Positions 38,757-46,028 are shown, counted from the stretch's first letter. The stretch is DNA of 64,000 nucleotides from Blastocatellia bacterium (GCA_045807765.1 JBJMGU010000120.1:778-64777), one strand, 5' to 3'. Notes: generated from the sequence alone by a model not told the origin. Numbers and translations: made by a program.

Positions 38757-41213
38757 TCAATACAGCAGATACTTCTGCCTGATGCGAGCAAACTCCGCCA
38801 GCCCGCCTTGCCAGACGCCGGCCAGGTCGGCGGGGGCCTTCCCTTCTTTCAATGCCGCCAGCGTCGCGCGATTGGCGAGCAGGCGCAAGTAATCGTCAAC
38901 TTTCCAGGTGCCTGAATAGAGTCGGTTCAACTGGTAAGCGATCTCTAAGCCAACGATCACTGGTCGCAGCGTGGCGCGATCTGTGAGGACGAGGTTAACG
39001 CCGCCGCACTCTTCGCCGGCGAACTTCGATGACTTAGGCTTAAATCTTACGGGCACAAAGCGCACTCCGGCAAGCCCTGCGCGGTTGAGCGCATCGCTCA
39101 ATTTCTGCGGCTCGATCCACGGCGCGCCGATGATCTCGAAAGGCGTATCGGTGCCGCGCCCGACCGAAAGATTGGTGGTCTCAAGTAAGCCGATGCCGGG
39201 ATACAACATGGCTTCGGTCAGGCTGCGCATGTTCGGCGACAGGTTGACCCAGGTAAGCGATGTGCCGTCATAGTAATCGGCCCGCCGCCAGCCTTCCAGC
39301 TTGATGATCATCAGGTCAGCGCCAATCTTGCGCTCGCCGTTAAAGAGCATGGCCAGCTCGCCCATCGTCATGCCGTGGCGCACAGGCAGACGGTAGGGCA
39401 CGGTGAACGACAGCAGATCGGCGTCGGCCACAGGGCCTTCGATGTCGTAGCCGTTAATCGGATTTGGACGATCCAGGACGACGAACTTGAGCTGGCGGCG
39501 GGCGGCCTCTTCCATCGCGTAGAGCATCGTCGTCGTGTAGGTGTAGAAGCGCGCGCCGACATCTTGAATGTCGAAGACCAGCGTGTCTATGCCTTTCAGC
39601 ATGTCGTCGGTCGGGCGCTTGGTGGCGTTGTCATACAGGCTATAAACCGGCAGGCCGGTCTTCTCGTCGTGGCTGTTGCTGATCGGCGCGTCTTCGATGC
39701 CGCGCAAGCCATGTTCGGGCGAAAAGAGCGCGACGAGCTTGAAGTTGGTCGCCGCCGCCAGCCGGTCTATCGTCGAGTGGCCGTCGCGGTCGCGCCCTGT
39801 GTGATTGGTAATCAAGCCGACGCGGCGGCCTTCGAGGGCTTTGAAGGCGTCGCGCGCCAATACATCGATGCCGGTCAGCACCGGGTGGAGCGGCGTGGCC
39901 TGCGGCCCCGCTCGATTGACCGAAGCGCGCGGCGCTTCGACAACCGACACAGGTGAGCCGAGCGAGGCAAAGACCGGCGCGTAAGGCGGCGCGGTAATCG
40001 CCCCGGCGACGATGGAGGCGACGAACGAGCGCAGCCGCGTCACGTCGCCGTGGCCGGTCGGGTGGACGCGGTTCGTAAGCAAGACCACAAAGGTTTCGCT
40101 CGCAGGGTCCATCCACAGGCTGGTGCCGGTGAATCCGGTGTGGCCGAAGGTGCCGACCGGGAAGAGGTCGCCGCGATTGGATGAAAACGATGTGTTGACA
40201 TCCCAGCCGATGCCGCGCATTTGCGCCGTCGGCAAGGTGTGCGCGCTCAACATTCGCTCGACAGTGTAAGGCGCGAGCAAGCGCACGCCGTTCAGCTCGC
40301 CTTTGTTCAAGATCATCTGGCAGAAGATGGCCAGATCGTCGGCGGTTGAAAACAGGCCGGCGTGACCGGCGACGCCGCCCATCTCGTAGGAGCGCGGGTC
40401 GTGGACTTCGCCGCGCATCCAGCGCCCCTCGCGCATCTCGGTCGGCGCGATCCGCGATGTGTCGCCGTGTTGCTGCTCGCCGCTCGCCGGCTCAATCGGC
40501 AGATACGCGGTGTGCGCCATGCCGAGCGGCGCGAAGATGTTTTCGCGAGCGAACGCATCAATGCGCTTGCCCGAGACGCGGCGGACAATCTCGGCGGCGA
40601 CGATGAAGCCGACATCCGAATAGACGAAGCGCGTGCCCGGCTCGTATGCAGGCTTCAGCTTGTAAATCTCTTCGAGCGGCTTGATCGTGACGCCGACATA
40701 ATCGGCTATCTCGTTGTCGGGCGGCAGCCCGGCGCGGTGCGTCATCAGTTGCTCGATGGTGATGCGCTCCTTGCCGTTTGCGGCGAACTCAGGGATGTAG
40801 AGCGACACCGGATCGGCGAGGCTCAAGCGACCGCGCTCGACCAGCATCATCACCGAGGTCGTCGTCGCCACGACTTTGGTGAGCGATGCAAGATCGAAGA
40901 TCGTATCCACGGTCATGGCTTCGCGCTGCGGCTGAAGGGCGCGGTCGCCGAAGGCTTTGCGATAGACGATGCGGCCACGCCGCCCGACCACGACGACCGC
41001 GCCCGGCGTCTCTTTGCGCTCGACTGCGGCGCGCACCGCGTCATCAATGCGGGCGAGCCGCTCGCTCGACATGCCGACGGTTTCGGGCGCGACTTCAGCG
41101 AGCGCTGATGATGGGTGCGCGGCGCGACGTTGCGCCAGCAGTGACGGCGACAGCGAAGAGACAGCAAGGATTGCAATGATGAAATAAGCGAATCGGCGTC
41201 GGACATTCGTCAT
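38757..41213 (-). CDS. Fusion protein: serine beta-lactamase-fold hydrolase (AmiE/PBP4*-like) + DUF1343 (NamZ-type exo-N-acetylmuramidase family)
   Basis: N-half: SxxK motif FDLASLTKVVATT and YSDVGF. C-half: GLITNHTGRD...FSPEHG...DIQDVGARFYTY...LDRPNP, characteristic of DUF1343. Probable start MTNVRRRF at 41213. Confidence 0.8.
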   Translation of the reverse strand: MTNVRRRFAYFIIAILAVSSLSPSLLAQRRAAHPSSALAEVAPETVGMSSERLARIDDAVRAAVERKETPGAVVVVGRRGRIVYRKAFGDRALQPQREAMTVDTIFDLASLTKVVATTTSVMMLVERGRLSLADPVSLYIPEFAANGKERITIEQLMTHRAGLPPDNEIADYVGVTIKPLEEIYKLKPAYEPGTRFVYSDVGFIVAAEIVRRVSGKRIDAFARENIFAPLGMAHTAYLPIEPASGEQQHGDTSRIAPTEMREGRWMRGEVHDPRSYEMGGVAGHAGLFSTADDLAIFCQMILNKGELNGVRLLAPYTVERMLSAHTLPTAQMRGIGWDVNTSFSSNRGDLFPVGTFGHTGFTGTSLWMDPASETFVVLLTNRVHPTGHGDVTRLRSFVASIVAGAITAPPYAPVFASLGSPVSVVEAPRASVNRAGPQATPLHPVLTGIDVLARDAFKALEGRRVGLITNHTGRDRDGHSTIDRLAAATNFKLVALFSPEHGLRGIEDAPISNSHDEKTGLPVYSLYDNATKRPTDDMLKGIDTLVFDIQDVGARFYTYTTTMLYAMEEAARRQLKFVVLDRPNPINGYDIEGPVADADLLSFTVPYRLPVRHGMTMGELAMLFNGERKIGADLMIIKLEGWRRADYYDGTSLTWVNLSPNMRSLTEAMLYPGIGLLETTNLSVGRGTDTPFEIIGAPWIEPQKLSDALNRAGLAGVRFVPVRFKPKSSKFAGEECGGVNLVLTDRATLRPVIVGLEIAYQLNRLYSGTWKVDDYLRLLANRATLAALKEGKAPADLAGVWQGGLAEFARIRQKYLLY

Positions 41214-41239
41214 CTTGTCTCGATTGCAGATCATATTGA

Positions 41240-42760
41240 TTAATCGTTCGCAGCGCTGCTCACTGTCTCAACCACTGGCTGCGGCGAAGGCTTGCTAAGC
41301 AGGCTGACGCTGTAACCAACGGCCAGACAAACCGCCGTGCCTATCAGCACATACCAGGTCCATGCCACCGCTGTGTAGAGTTTAATCAGCAGCATGAAGA
41401 CCAGCGAGACAGCCATGCCCGTCATCACCCCTGTCTGATTGGCGCGACGGCTCAGAACGCCGAGCAGGAATGCGCCGAGCATCGGGCCATAGACCAATGA
41501 CGCAATCGTCAGCCCCACCGTGAAGACCGAGCCCCAACCGCTCGCCAGCACCGCAATGGCGATCAGCACGATGCCCCACGCGGCGGTGAACCACCGCGAC
41601 AGCTTCAACAAGCTCTCATCGCTCTTGCCGCGACCCGCAAGCGGCTTATAGAAATCGATCACGCTGGTCGAGGCCAGCGAGTTGAGCGAGCCGCTCAGGT
41701 TCGACATCGCCGCCGCAAAGATCGCCGCGATGACCAGTCCCGATATGCCGTGCGGCAACCGCTCAACGATAAACAGCGGGAAGACGTCATCGTTGCTCGG
41801 CGATTGCGGGTTGAGCGGATAATACCTGGCATAGGCGAACAGCATCACGCCGATCACCAGAAAGAGCGCGAACTGAAAGAGCACAACGAAGCCGCTCAAG
41901 ATGATCGCCTTCTGGCTGTCGCGCTGGTCGCGGCAGGTGAGCAATCGCTGCACGAGTAGTTGATCTGTGCCGTGCGAAGCCATCGTCAAACAGGTGCCGC
42001 CGAGCAGGCCGGCCCAGAACGTGAACGGCAGCTTGAAATCCCAGGAGAACGAGAAAATCTGAAATTTATTGGCTTCTCGACCTACGGCAACGACCGTGTC
42101 CCAGCCGCCGGGGATCAGCCGCAGCAGCATATACGCCGCCAGCAGCGAGCCGGCTACATAGATCACCAGTTGAATCAAGTCCGTCCAAATCACCGCCGCG
42201 ATGCCGCCTTCGAAGGTGTAGATCAGCGTCAGCAAGCCGACGATGAAGATTGAAATCAGCCAGAGGCGCGGCAGGCCCGGCAGGCTCACGCTCAAGACCG
42301 CACTCAGCACCAGCGATGCCGCGTAGACGCGCACGCCTTCGGCGAGCGCCCGCATGATTAAAAACAGGGATGCGGCGAAATTCTTGGTTTGCGGCCCGAA
42401 GCGTCGCTTGAGCAGCTCGTAGGCGGTCAGCAATTCGCCTTTGAAATAAGCCGGGATGAAGAGCAAGCTGATGATGAAGCGCGCGATGATGTAACCGAAG
42501 ACGACTTGCAGATAGGCGAGGCTGCCGCCCTGCTCTGGCCGCCCGTAGACGGTGTAGGCCAGGGCCGGCACACCGATCAGCGTCAGTGTGCTGGTTTCGG
42601 TGGCGACAATCGACAGGCTGATGACCACCCACGAGGTGTTCTTTGAACCGATGAAGTAGTCTTTGACGGTGCGCTGCGAGCGGCGAAAGCGCATACCAAA
42701 GACAGTGATGCCCACAAGGTAAAGCAGCAGGACGATGTAATCTATCGCCGAGAATCCCAT
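41240..42760 (-). CDS. Sodium:solute symporter family transporter
   Basis: Polytopic. The probable start MGFSAIDYIVLLLYLVGITVFG is at 42760 (the track ORF extends to 42841). A 5-nt gap separates it from the downstream fusion gene. Confidence 0.8.
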   Translation of the reverse strand: MGFSAIDYIVLLLYLVGITVFGMRFRRSQRTVKDYFIGSKNTSWVVISLSIVATETSTLTLIGVPALAYTVYGRPEQGGSLAYLQVVFGYIIARFIISLLFIPAYFKGELLTAYELLKRRFGPQTKNFAASLFLIMRALAEGVRVYAASLVLSAVLSVSLPGLPRLWLISIFIVGLLTLIYTFEGGIAAVIWTDLIQLVIYVAGSLLAAYMLLRLIPGGWDTVVAVGREANKFQIFSFSWDFKLPFTFWAGLLGGTCLTMASHGTDQLLVQRLLTCRDQRDSQKAIILSGFVVLFQFALFLVIGVMLFAYARYYPLNPQSPSNDDVFPLFIVERLPHGISGLVIAAIFAAAMSNLSGSLNSLASTSVIDFYKPLAGRGKSDESLLKLSRWFTAAWGIVLIAIAVLASGWGSVFTVGLTIASLVYGPMLGAFLLGVLSRRANQTGVMTGMAVSLVFMLLIKLYTAVAWTWYVLIGTAVCLAVGYSVSLLSKPSPQPVVETVSSAAND

Positions 42761-42883
42761 ACCGATCAAGCCTGCCGAACGAACCGCTATCGGAAGTGAT
42801 GGAGGAAACGTGAGACTGCCTGACTTCAAACGCCTGAGCAACTCAGCCCGACTGGGTAATGATAAAACGGTGATGCTGCAATT

Positions 42884-43073
42884 GCCGCGTCGCGGCAGTT
42901 GAATTTAGGCAGGTACTTCAGTGCCTGTGTGCGCCAGCCCGATTGCCGCCGCGTCGCGTCAGCGATGATTGAATGCCCGCTGACTCAGGCGTCGCTACGC
43001 GACGCGCGTTGATCTGTCGCTCGCACCCCAGGCGTTGAAACGCCTGGCTAAATTCAACCCGCCGCTACGCGGC
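42884..43073. repeat. REP/MITE-like structured element with ~30-bp terminal inverted repeats
   Basis: GCCGCGTCGCGGCAGTTGAATTTAGGCAGG (42884-42913) against CCTGGCTAAATTCAACCCGCCGCTACGCGGC (43043-43073). Internal GC hairpins include GCGTCGC-TAC-GCGACGC and CCAGGCG-TTGAAA-CGCCTGG. Confidence 0.55.
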
Positions 43074-43121
43074 GCGATCTCATCGCCTGAGCCGTGAATG
43101 GTCCCCGAGTTACGAACCGCT

Positions 43122-44168
43122 CTAATTTTCCACTGCGGCCTGCGCCAGCTTGACCGCGCCGATCTCGGGCGGGCGCAGCGGCGGCCCGACTTCGGCGCGC
43201 GGCGCTATTTCGCGCACGGCGGCGCGCAAAGGGTCAAGCACGCAATCGCCGGCCTTAAAAACGCTGCCAACGTAGGCGACGCGAAACGTTTGTGATTCGA
43301 ACCCCAGCTTGCGAATCACCGAAACGGCCAGCTCGCCGAGGTCGCGACCGGCCTGCGCCAGAATGGCGCGCGCCACGGCGTCGCCTTCGGCGGCGGCCTC
43401 AGCGACCAGCCGCGCCAGCGAAGCGATCTCGGTGGACTCTTCGGCGTCGTTATTATAGATGACGCCCGGCAGATCCTTGGCACTCATGATGCCAAAACGG
43501 CGGCAGAGGCGCTCGGTCAAGACGGTGCGCGGGGCGCGGCCATCGAACGACGCGGCGACGGCTTTCAGCGCCTGCCGCGCAATGTCGTAGCCTGAGCCTT
43601 CGTCGCCCAGCGTCGGCCCCCAGCCGCCTGAGCGCTCGACGGTGCGCGCGTCGTTGATGCCCATGGCAATCGAGCCGGTGCCGGCAATCAGCACCACGCC
43701 GGACTTGCCATCAAGCGCCCCTTCGAGCGCGGCGCGGGCGTCGGTGACCAGTTCCAGGTGATCGATGCCGAGACGGCGGACGAGTCCTTTCTTCATAGTG
43801 TGATAATGAATCGGGTGGCTGATGCCGGCGATGGCGGCGCAGCCGGCGGCGAGGTCTTGCGGTGCCAGATGGGCCTGCTCACAGGCTTGTTTGACGGTTT
43901 CGCTGACATGCGCGACCGCCAGATCAAAGCCGACGCGCACCGGGTTGGAAGCGCCGCTGAAGCCTTCGCCGATGATCTTGTATGAAGCAGTGGTAATGAC
44001 GGCGTGGGTCTTGGTGCCGCCGCCATCTATGCCGAGAAAGCATGGCGGTTCGGTGAACCCTTCACCCAGGCGTTGCGCGAAGCGTGTTGCTGCCGCAGGG
44101 CCTGACGAAGAGTGCGAGGTGAGGGTCTTCGACATAAGTCTCCGGGGCTCTCTGACCGTTGTCGGCAA
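43122..44168 (-). CDS. BadF/BadG/BcrA/BcrD-type ATPase: N-acetylglucosamine / MurNAc kinase-like
   Basis: FLGIDGGGTKTHAV (phosphate-1), LIAGTGSIAMG and GGWGPTLGDEGSGYDI motifs of the NagK/MurK-like sugar kinase family. Confidence 0.75.
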   Translation of the reverse strand: MPTTVREPRRLMSKTLTSHSSSGPAAATRFAQRLGEGFTEPPCFLGIDGGGTKTHAVITTASYKIIGEGFSGASNPVRVGFDLAVAHVSETVKQACEQAHLAPQDLAAGCAAIAGISHPIHYHTMKKGLVRRLGIDHLELVTDARAALEGALDGKSGVVLIAGTGSIAMGINDARTVERSGGWGPTLGDEGSGYDIARQALKAVAASFDGRAPRTVLTERLCRRFGIMSAKDLPGVIYNNDAEESTEIASLARLVAEAAAEGDAVARAILAQAGRDLGELAVSVIRKLGFESQTFRVAYVGSVFKAGDCVLDPLRAAVREIAPRAEVGPPLRPPEIGAVKLAQAAVEN

Positions 44169-44431
44169 ATGTGGAAGCTTGGCACTTCATTATGCCGGCA
44201 GACCGGCTGGCCAAGAGTGCGGACTATCGCATCATCTGACCATAGGAGCCTTAATCACTGTTATAAGCGACTACCCGGAGCTTGTAAAACGAATTGTTTT
44301 TATAGTAACTATAACAAATTCTTTGGCTTGCCCTCTGACGGCTTCGACTTAGCTTATCTTCAGTCTCAGAGTTTTCAGAGGTTTCACGGTGTTCCTCGGT
44401 TGATCATCGCCCGCGCCAGGCGCACAGCGGG

Positions 44432-44986
44432 CTACGCCGTTTTATCGGCGCGGGCACTTTCCAGGAAGAGGTACTTTCTCCACTCCGGCCTTGATGTCGA
44501 CTCATGGCAGAGGATCGAACGGTCAATACCGTAAGTCAACGCCGCCGGGTTCTTCAGCAGCGGCATGCGCGACTCTTCCGGCGTGCGGTCGCCTTTTCGC
44601 TGATTGCACGCAAAGCATGAAGCCACCAGGTTATCGGCAGATGTCGAGCCGCCGCGAGACGCCGGCAGGATGTGATCGATAGTCAACTCGAACATGCCGC
44701 CGCGCTTGCCGCAGTACTGGCAGCAGAAATGGTCGCGCGCCAGAATCCGCGCGCGCTTGCTTGATGATTTGCGCTGCCTGCCGCGCACGTCGATGTATTC
44801 GATCAAACGAATGACTGACGGCTGCGGAAATTCAAAGCGCAGTGAGCGTAGCATGCGGTCGCCGTCTGCCTCGACCATCTCGGCTGACTCCTTCCAGATC
44901 AGACGCACCGCTCGCGGCACAGCAATCGTCCCCAGCGGTTCGTACGAAGCGTTCAACAGCAATACTTTTCGCGTCAGCAGATTCAT
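44432..44986 (-). CDS. HNH endonuclease (McrA/COG1403-like)
   Basis: CQYCGKRGG...LTIDHILPASRGGSTSADNLVASCFACNQRKGDR (HNH with two CxxC pairs). The ATG lies 7 nt after the encoded CCA of the last array tRNA. Confidence 0.85.
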   Translation of the reverse strand: MNLLTRKVLLLNASYEPLGTIAVPRAVRLIWKESAEMVEADGDRMLRSLRFEFPQPSVIRLIEYIDVRGRQRKSSSKRARILARDHFCCQYCGKRGGMFELTIDHILPASRGGSTSADNLVASCFACNQRKGDRTPEESRMPLLKNPAALTYGIDRSILCHESTSRPEWRKYLFLESARADKTA

Positions 44987-44993
44987 AACGTCC

Positions 44994-45070
44994 TGGAGCC
45001 GATGGAGAGAATTGAACTCACACTCTGCGACTTACGAGGCCGCCGCTTTATCCGTTTAAGCTACATCGGC
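44994..45070 (-). tRNA. tRNA-Thr(CGU), CCA encoded
   Basis: Hand fold: acceptor GCCGATG/CATCGGC, anticodon loop CTCGTAA, T-loop TTCAATT, 3' TCCA. Confidence 0.8.
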
Positions 45071-45073
45071 AAA

Positions 45074-45147
45074 TGCCCGATGGAGGAATCGAACCCCCGC
45101 ATGGCCACTTTGTAAGAGTGGTGCTTTCCCGTCTTAGCTAATCGGGC
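45074..45147 (-). tRNA. tRNA-Val(UAC)
   Basis: Acceptor GCCCGAT/ATCGGGC, anticodon loop CTTACAA, T arm GGGGG-TTCGATT-CCTCC. Confidence 0.8.
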
Positions 45148-45152
45148 AAAAG

Positions 45153-45225
45153 AGCGAGCGACGGGATTCGAACCCGCTCGGTCCAGCTTGGAAGGCTGGC
45201 GCTCATCCACTTGAGCTTCACTCGC
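45153..45225 (-). tRNA. tRNA-Gly(UCC)
   Basis: Acceptor GCGAGTG/CGCTCGC, U73, anticodon loop CTTCCAA, T-loop TTCGAAT. Position 8 is A. Confidence 0.8.
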
Positions 45226-45228
45226 CTG

Positions 45229-45301
45229 AGCCGATGACGGGCCTCGAACCCGCAGCCTGGGCATTACAAGTGCCCTGCACGTCCGCTTGTGCTTCATCGG
45301 C
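45229..45301 (-). tRNA. tRNA-Thr(UGU)
   Basis: Acceptor GCCGATG/CATCGGC (identical to Thr-CGU and Ile-GAU), anticodon loop CTTGTAA. Position 8 is A. Confidence 0.8.
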
Positions 45302-45304
45302 GAA

Positions 45305-45378
45305 TGGGGATAGGAAGAGTCGAACTCCCGGCCTCACCTTTCGGAGAGGTGCGCTCTCTCCGTCTGAGCTATATCCCC
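45305..45378 (-). tRNA. tRNA-Arg(CCG)
   Basis: Acceptor GGGGATA/TATCCCC, anticodon stem CACCT/AGGTG, loop CTCCGAA, T-loop TTCGACT. Confidence 0.8.
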
Positions 45379-45383
45379 GGAAC

Positions 45384-45455
45384 TTAGAATTGCAGCGGGC
45401 ACTTCAAGCAATACCGCTTGCCGTGCGCCTTACAGACTTTCTTATAACGATGCAT
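45384..45455 (-). CDS. 23-aa basic Cys/His microprotein embedded in the tRNA array
   Basis: MHRYKKVCKAHGKRYCLKCPLQF* (not in track). GGAGG at 45465-45469 lies 9 nt upstream of the ATG. It fills the only long (93-nt) spacer, between tRNA-Gln(UUG) and tRNA-Arg(CCG). Confidence 0.5.
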   Translation of the reverse strand: MHRYKKVCKAHGKRYCLKCPLQF

Positions 45456-45471
45456 GGCGATCTACCTCCGA

Positions 45472-45545
45472 CTGCGGGGGCGGGCAACGATTCCGCAACC
45501 TCCACTTTCAAAGAGTGGCGCTCTGCCTGCTTGAGCTACCCCGCA
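45472..45545 (-). tRNA. tRNA-Gln(UUG), irregular T arm
   Basis: Acceptor TGCGGGG/CCCCGCA (U1-A72) with G73, as in bacterial tRNA-Gln. Anticodon loop CTTTGAA. The T arm GCGGA-ATCGTTG-CCCGC lacks the canonical TTCGA loop and the G53-C61 pair. Confidence 0.65.
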
Positions 45546-45549
45546 TCAG

Positions 45550-45622
45550 TGGTTGGGGTGAGGGTCGAACTCACCGCCTCTGGTGCTTCAAACCAGCGCT
45601 CTTCCTGATGAGCTTCCCAACC
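45550..45622 (-). tRNA. tRNA-Phe(GAA)
   Basis: Acceptor GGTTGGG/CCCAACC, anticodon loop TTGAAGC (G37), T arm GTGAG-TTCGACC-CTCAC. Position 8 is A. Confidence 0.75.
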
Positions 45623-45626
45623 ATAA

Positions 45627-45699
45627 AGCTGCCGGCGAGACTCGAACTGGCGCGGATAGGTTCAGGAAACCTGCGCCTCATCCGCTCGGCCACGGCAGC
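45627..45699 (-). tRNA. tRNA-Arg(CCU)
   Basis: Acceptor GCTGCCG/CGGCAGC, anticodon loop TTCCTGA. D arm TGGCCGAGCGGATGAGGC resembles class II D arms. One T-stem mismatch. Confidence 0.7.
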
Positions 45700-45706
45700 A
45701 AAAAAA

Positions 45707-45784
45707 TGGTGGAGAGTATGGGGCTCGAACCCATCCATCGAGTTTGCAGGACTCGCATGCCGCCAACAACACCTTGCCGACCGA
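45707..45784 (-). pseudogene. Degenerate/chimeric tRNA-like unit (Ala-UGC-like 3' half with CCA)
   Basis: Canonical 3' part: T arm ATGGG-TTCGAGC-CCCAT, then ACTCTCC-A-CCA. Anticodon arm CGAGT-CCTGCAA-ACTCG. The 5' end (GGTCGGCAAGGTG...) cannot pair with the 3' acceptor strand. Confidence 0.5.
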
Positions 45785-45857
45785 TGGGCCGCGTGGGAGT
45801 CGAACCCACTACCACCCGATTAAAAGTCGGGTACTCATCCTGATGAGCTTGCGGCCC
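45785..45857 (-). tRNA. tRNA-Lys(UUU)
   Basis: Acceptor GGGCCGC/GCGGCCC, anticodon stem CCCGA/TCGGG, loop CTTTTAA, T arm GTGGG-TTCGACT-CCCAC. Position 8 is A. Confidence 0.8.
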
Positions 45858-45858
45858 G

Positions 45859-45949
45859 TACTCCCGCCGGGACTCGAACCCGGATCACGCACCAATCTAG
45901 TGCTTGCAGGGTATAAGCCTGCTGTTTTATCCAATTAAACTACGGGAGC
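45859..45949 (-). tRNA. Class II (long variable arm) tRNA with anticodon UAU
   Basis: Acceptor GCTCCCG/CGGGAGT, A73. Anticodon stem GCAGG/CCTGC with loop CTTATAC. 22-nt variable arm AAGCACTAGATTGGTGCGTGAT (stem GCAC/GTGC). T arm CCGGG-TTCGAGT-CCCGG. Confidence 0.7.
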
Positions 45950-45953
45950 GCGA

Positions 45954-46025
45954 TGAGCCCGACAGGAATCGAACCTGCTTTTCCGGTTTAAGAGACCGGC
46001 ACTTCGCCAGCAAAGCTTCAGGCCC
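45954..46025 (-). tRNA. tRNA-Lys(CUU)
   Basis: Acceptor GGGCCTG/CGGGCTC (two G-U pairs), anticodon stem CCGGT/ACCGG, loop CTCTTAA. Position 8 is A. Confidence 0.75.
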
Positions 46026-46028
46026 AAA

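Noticed and set aside
42841-43122. Whether the GC-rich palindromic spacer encodes a riboswitch or small protein.
   Set aside because: I recognise no conserved riboswitch core, and no ORF has an RBS. The terminal inverted repeats fit a REP/MITE-type element better.
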